In this document: piece by piece, positions 58,091-64,000 of the stretch
How positions within the stretch are numbered: the stretch's first letter is position 1
Layout of the letters: each line of letters begins with the position of its first letter
Origin: Eledone cirrhosa
Taxonomy: Eukaryota
Direction of reading: 5' to 3'
DNA length: 64,000 nucleotides
Assembly: GCA_964016885.1 (NCBI GenBank)
Contig: OZ024740.1
Span: 429,102,001-429,166,000 of the forward strand
Translations under genes and position numbers: made by a program
The notes under the pieces: generated by a model
Database searches by the model: none
What the model saw: the letters and a program-made list of their open reading frames with translations, nothing else
What the model was told of the DNA's origin: nothing

Positions 58091-58367
58091 ATATATATGT
58101 ATGTATAATTTACCTAATTTTGCTTCTTAGTCAGAGAAATTAACTAAATAAATAATCAATGAAACGGAGATAAATTTGAATTATCAGTATGAAGGAAAAT
58201 GTTTACCGATACAAAAGTTTTATCTGTCTATTCTTGAAACTTATAATTTTATATACTGTAGCTCTGATTAATGATTCTTTATTTAACTCATTCATTGAGC
58301 CACATTGTTGAAGGTGGGCTACACTAATATATGTATCTGTGACTATGTAGAAATATGTGTTTCCTCT

Positions 58368-58433
<66 letters not shown>

Positions 58434-58434
<1 letters not shown>

Positions 58435-58613
58435 AGCTTCTACAGGACTAGAACTGTTTCATTCATGAGAAATCATCAGGAAGCTTCCTGATGATTTCTC
58501 ATGAATGAAACAGTTCTAGTCCTGTAGAAGCTTTTCTATATTAAAACATTTATACTCTGCTATGTATTGAGTACCTTACTTACTGTGGTTACCCCCGATT
58601 GAACCCGGAATAA

Positions 58614-58620
<7 letters not shown>
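58434..58620. ncRNA. Perfect 100-bp palindrome made of two back-to-back complete type I hammerheads, plus element 3' tail
   Basis: 58434-58533 is symmetric about AAGCTT. Each strand reads aagcttc-CTGATGA-tttctcatgaat-GAAA-cag..ctg-TA-gaagctt. Confidence 0.85.
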
Positions 58621-58674
<54 letters not shown>

Positions 58675-58689
58675 ATATATATATATATG

Positions 58690-58768
<79 letters not shown>

Positions 58769-58947
58769 GGTATACAAGGATGCTATTCATTTCTAACACT
58801 GAACACCATATTGCCAATGACAGGGGTGACGGAGTATATTAATAAAGATGAAAATGCGAAGGGACAACCAAAGCAAAAGCACATCTTTTTAGTCCGCTTC
58901 CTTCCAAATAAAATTGCCTCAGAAATGTTACCTGTTAATCAATGTTT

Positions 58948-58998
58948 GCTGTCTGAAGAGATCACGATGTTTATCGTCATTGAAATATATATAACAGC
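58948..58998 (+). ncRNA. Minimal type I hammerhead ribozyme
   Basis: gctgt-CTGAAGA-gatc-acgat/gttt/atcgt-catt-GAAA-tatata-TA-acagc, then AATAAA. Confidence 0.75.
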
Positions 58999-59131
58999 TC
59001 AATAAAGGACTCTAACATCTTCAACTTCGCATGCCGGGGTTAACTTTGCCTTTCATCTTTACGGCGTCGATAAAAAAATTACCAGTAATACACTGGTTAA
59101 TTGCTGGCCTTGTGCCAAAAGTAGAAACAAT

Positions 59132-59166
<35 letters not shown>

Positions 59167-59622
59167 ATGTGTGTGTGTTTGTGTATCCATACATGATAAA
59201 CAGGTGAAACTCCGGAGTAACAAGGCTCACCATTTAGCCATGCTTCCCAGGATAAATCGCAAGCCCATCGCCAGTTTTTACAGCAGGAAATGGAGACTGC
59301 AATATATTTTTTGAAGAAGCACCACTACCTCTGGATCCGTTAATAAATTAGTTGTCTAATGTGATGAATTTTAGATTGTGTGACGTAATTCCATGCTATA
59401 TCTATTTCGACGATTTCTATCAAGAGAGGTAGAGAGATAGAGACGGCATAGCTACACATTTCTCCGCCTCTCTTAACTTTTGAAATTCATCAAACTTGTG
59501 AAACCGGTAAAGTTATAAGTTATTGTATATAAACATTTTTAAAGACTTCACTTGCATTTTCAACTGTTTTTCCTATATTTTTACCCGTGTGAGATATATT
59601 TTTAAAAAAAACTTATTTTCGA

Positions 59623-60310
<688 letters not shown>

Positions 60311-60483
60311 AAGAAATTAAAGATGCAAAAAAGTCTTTAAGAAGATTTAGTTACAATAATTATTTTCAGAGGTACTGAGCTGTTTCATCAATACGTCCTC
60401 ATCATGGTGTTTTGAGGTAATATTAATAACTCCAGAAAACCTCTTTGTTGAGTGCTTCTAATCTATTGTAAAACTTAATGATG

Positions 60484-60556
<73 letters not shown>

Positions 60557-60559
<3 letters not shown>

Positions 60560-60960
60560 GATAAATCTACCAAGAGTTTACGGTAGTGTCCAATCCGTAT
60601 GAAGAACTCAATGTATTCCGGATATCATGGAAAGAAGAGATGTAATGAAAAACCACTTTCGGTGAAAGATAAACGGTATACAGAGTCAAGATAAAATATT
60701 AAACAAATAATGAATAAACAATTCCTTATATTAAACAAAAAAAGTTCATTATTTAACGATCGTTTCTAGGATATATATGTGTGATAGAATTGGTATGCAT
60801 ATTCAACAGATCTATGTACAAAATTATACAAAATTATACAAATTATCAAGATTAAATATACATACCAAACACATATATACGCCGTCTTCAGAAATAATGA
60901 AGTATATTTATTGATAATAACAACAATTCAAAATTTCAGGTCCGTTTGGGAACAAAAATT
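60557..60960 (-). mobile_element. Unfolded sister copy of the 59731 element with hammerhead 60745-60901
   Basis: Colinear diverged copy. Stems I and III and the core are conserved, and the triplet is GTT. Confidence 0.8.
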
Positions 60961-61444
60961 GACCAATGAAAACACAAAGGGTTAAATGCAGTTCGGTGTG
61001 TGTATATACATGTAAAACCCTTACACATATTTTACAAAAATGTATGTATAATTTGTATACGCATACTAAAAGGATGGATGCAAATACAAAATTTCAAGGT
61101 TAATGTCTCTGTGAGTTTATAATGTACAAATAAGATGCGTATTGACACTTATGAAATTAAGCATATAAATATATTTTTTCATACTCACTCACATCCGTAC
61201 AATCACACATACACGCGCGTATATGCATAAATATACACATAACCACGAACATACAAACACACACACACCCCCACTCACATTTATATATGTGGATATAAAA
61301 TCATAAGCACATGGATATTAATTCACTCACATAAAACACTGGCACACACATTTTCAGATCAAGATACAGAAATTAGGTGGGATGGGGGGGGAGGGGTCAG
61401 TATTCAACGGTCTGAGCAGACTGCTTAATATAAATGTATCTATA

Positions 61445-61651
61445 AACTAAGAAAAATAAAACAAATAAAAAAATAAAAAAATAAAATATAATAAATAAAA
61501 CATTAAGGAGGAAAGAATAGAAAGAAAAACAGAAAAAAGAAAAAAGAAAAAAGAAAAAAGAAAAAAGAAAAAAGAAAAAAGAAAAAAGAAAAAAGAAAAA
61601 AGAAAAAAAGAAATATATCAAGAAAATAAATATACACACATACACATATAT

Positions 61652-61702
<51 letters not shown>

Positions 61703-62251
61703 TATATATAAAAAACATACATATATTTACACATAGACACTCACACATCCATACATAAATATACACACATATATAAACACATACATACATATACACACAT
61801 CCACACTAAGAACATACATACACACACATATACAAACCTATACATATACACACATACATACATATACACATATACATACAAATACACATACACATATATA
61901 TACAACCATATATATATATATATATACACATATATATACATATATATGCATATACACGTACATATACACACACATATACATATAATCACACATACTATAC
62001 AGACACAGATATATATAACTACACACATACATGCACATATACAACACTTACATACTAATATACATACAGATATACACATACATAGCTATATATACACATA
62101 AATATATACAGACTTACATATATACATACAGACAAATACTTACGCATCTATATATCGGTATATACATACAAACACCACTACACTAACACACAACATAGAA
62201 ATACAAAGAGAAAGGTATATACCTATACACACATACATATACAAATAGAAA

Positions 62252-62293
<42 letters not shown>

Positions 62294-62335
62294 CACACAC
62301 ATATACATATACATATATATATATATAAAACATAC

Positions 62336-62376
<41 letters not shown>

Positions 62377-62620
62377 AATACACATACATACACATACAGA
62401 TATATACACATACATACATGTACACACATATAGAAATATTTACGCATACATACATACACACATACATATAAAATCATACACACACATACATCTACACGAA
62501 CATACACATACACATATATAAAGATATATATACACACACACACACACACACACGCAACACATACACACATACACATATATATAAAAAAAATAAATAATAA
62601 AGATATATACATATATATAT

Positions 62621-62683
<63 letters not shown>

Positions 62684-63120
62684 CACATACACCTAAATAT
62701 ACATACACATACATACACACATACATAGACATACATGTACATACATATACGTACATCGATATACATATATATATATGTGTATACACACACAGACATATAC
62801 ATACATACACACACAACTTACATACACACATATATATACATGTATATTCATACATAGAATTAGAAATTTAATCATACATACATATGCACTTACTTATACT
62901 CATATATACAAATACATACGCATCCATATATGCGTATATACATAAAAAAAAAAAAAAAAAAATCCCTACAACCACACATAACTCAGACATACAAATAAAA
63001 ATAATAATAAAAAGGCATATGTATATACATACACACACGCATTAATAGAGATATATATATACACACATACACATATATACATACACGCATTAATAGAGAT
63101 ATACATATACACACATACAC

Positions 63121-63188
<68 letters not shown>

Positions 63189-63290
63189 ACTCATACATAT
63201 ATATATATATATATATATACATAGATATCACACACTCATACCACCATAAATACACATACAAACACCCACATATACATATATATACACACG

Positions 63291-63326
<36 letters not shown>

Positions 63327-63451
63327 TAAAAAACAGACATGCACATATATATATATATTTTTTTACATTTATATATACATATATTATATACATATACACA
63401 ACATCACTTATACACACATACACATAAGTTATATTATAATAATAAAAAATA

Positions 63452-63482
<31 letters not shown>

Positions 63483-63497
63483 TATATATATATATAT

Positions 63498-63542
<45 letters not shown>

Positions 63543-63602
63543 CAAACATATACACACACATATACACACATATGAATATAGACATATATTCACACATAGA
63601 CA

Positions 63603-63662
<60 letters not shown>

Positions 63663-64000
63663 TACATATACACAGACACATATACACACTCACATATAAA
63701 TATGTGTGCATACACACACGCATATATACATACATACACATATATACACATAAACACATATATGTGCATACATGCACATACACACACATATATCACATAG
63801 ATACGGAGATAGACATATAAATAGAGAGACATACATATATATACACAACACACATACACACACATACATACACACGCTTATATATATATATATACATATA
63901 TATATACATATATATATTCCTATATATACACATATACACATATACATACACATATATACACATACATACACATATACGTACACACATTCGCATACACATA
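61445..64000. repeat. A-rich, (GAAAAAA)n and (TA/CA)n low-complexity region
   Basis: Direct reading. Confidence 0.92.

Noticed and set aside
61397-63999. Many [12 protein letters not shown] ORFs here and throughout the window
   Set aside because: Translations of (TA)n, (TG)n and (CA)n microsatellites.

Overview
AT-rich, repeat-saturated eukaryotic DNA with no recognisable host protein-coding gene. The SINE families and microsatellite load are most consistent with a cephalopod (octopus-like) genome, which is an inference. Nearly all ORFs in the supplied track are microsatellite or minisatellite artefacts. The one convincing protein-coding unit is a young, 5'-truncated Penelope-like retroelement (Naiad-type RT plus C-terminal GIY-YIG endonuclease, about 30027-31351, one frameshift in a C11 run). 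The window also holds CR1 and RTE LINE remnants, a non-autonomous RTE derivative, two tRNA-SINE families, a 14.6-kb 26-bp G-rich satellite and several minisatellites. The main hidden structure is a dense set of short, sequence-unrelated insertions in (TA)n tracts that share three features. (i) About 20 type I hammerhead ribozyme motifs occur, including minimal palindromic-stem-III forms, long stem-II forms and U3-A8 core variants. (ii) Many insertions are head-to-head foldbacks that turn around at or near the ribozyme. (iii) A covarying bulged hairpin (RCTC-stem-loop-stem-2 nt bulge-GAGY) lies near the 3' end of about 15 of them. All structures were folded by eye and coordinates may be off by a few bases.
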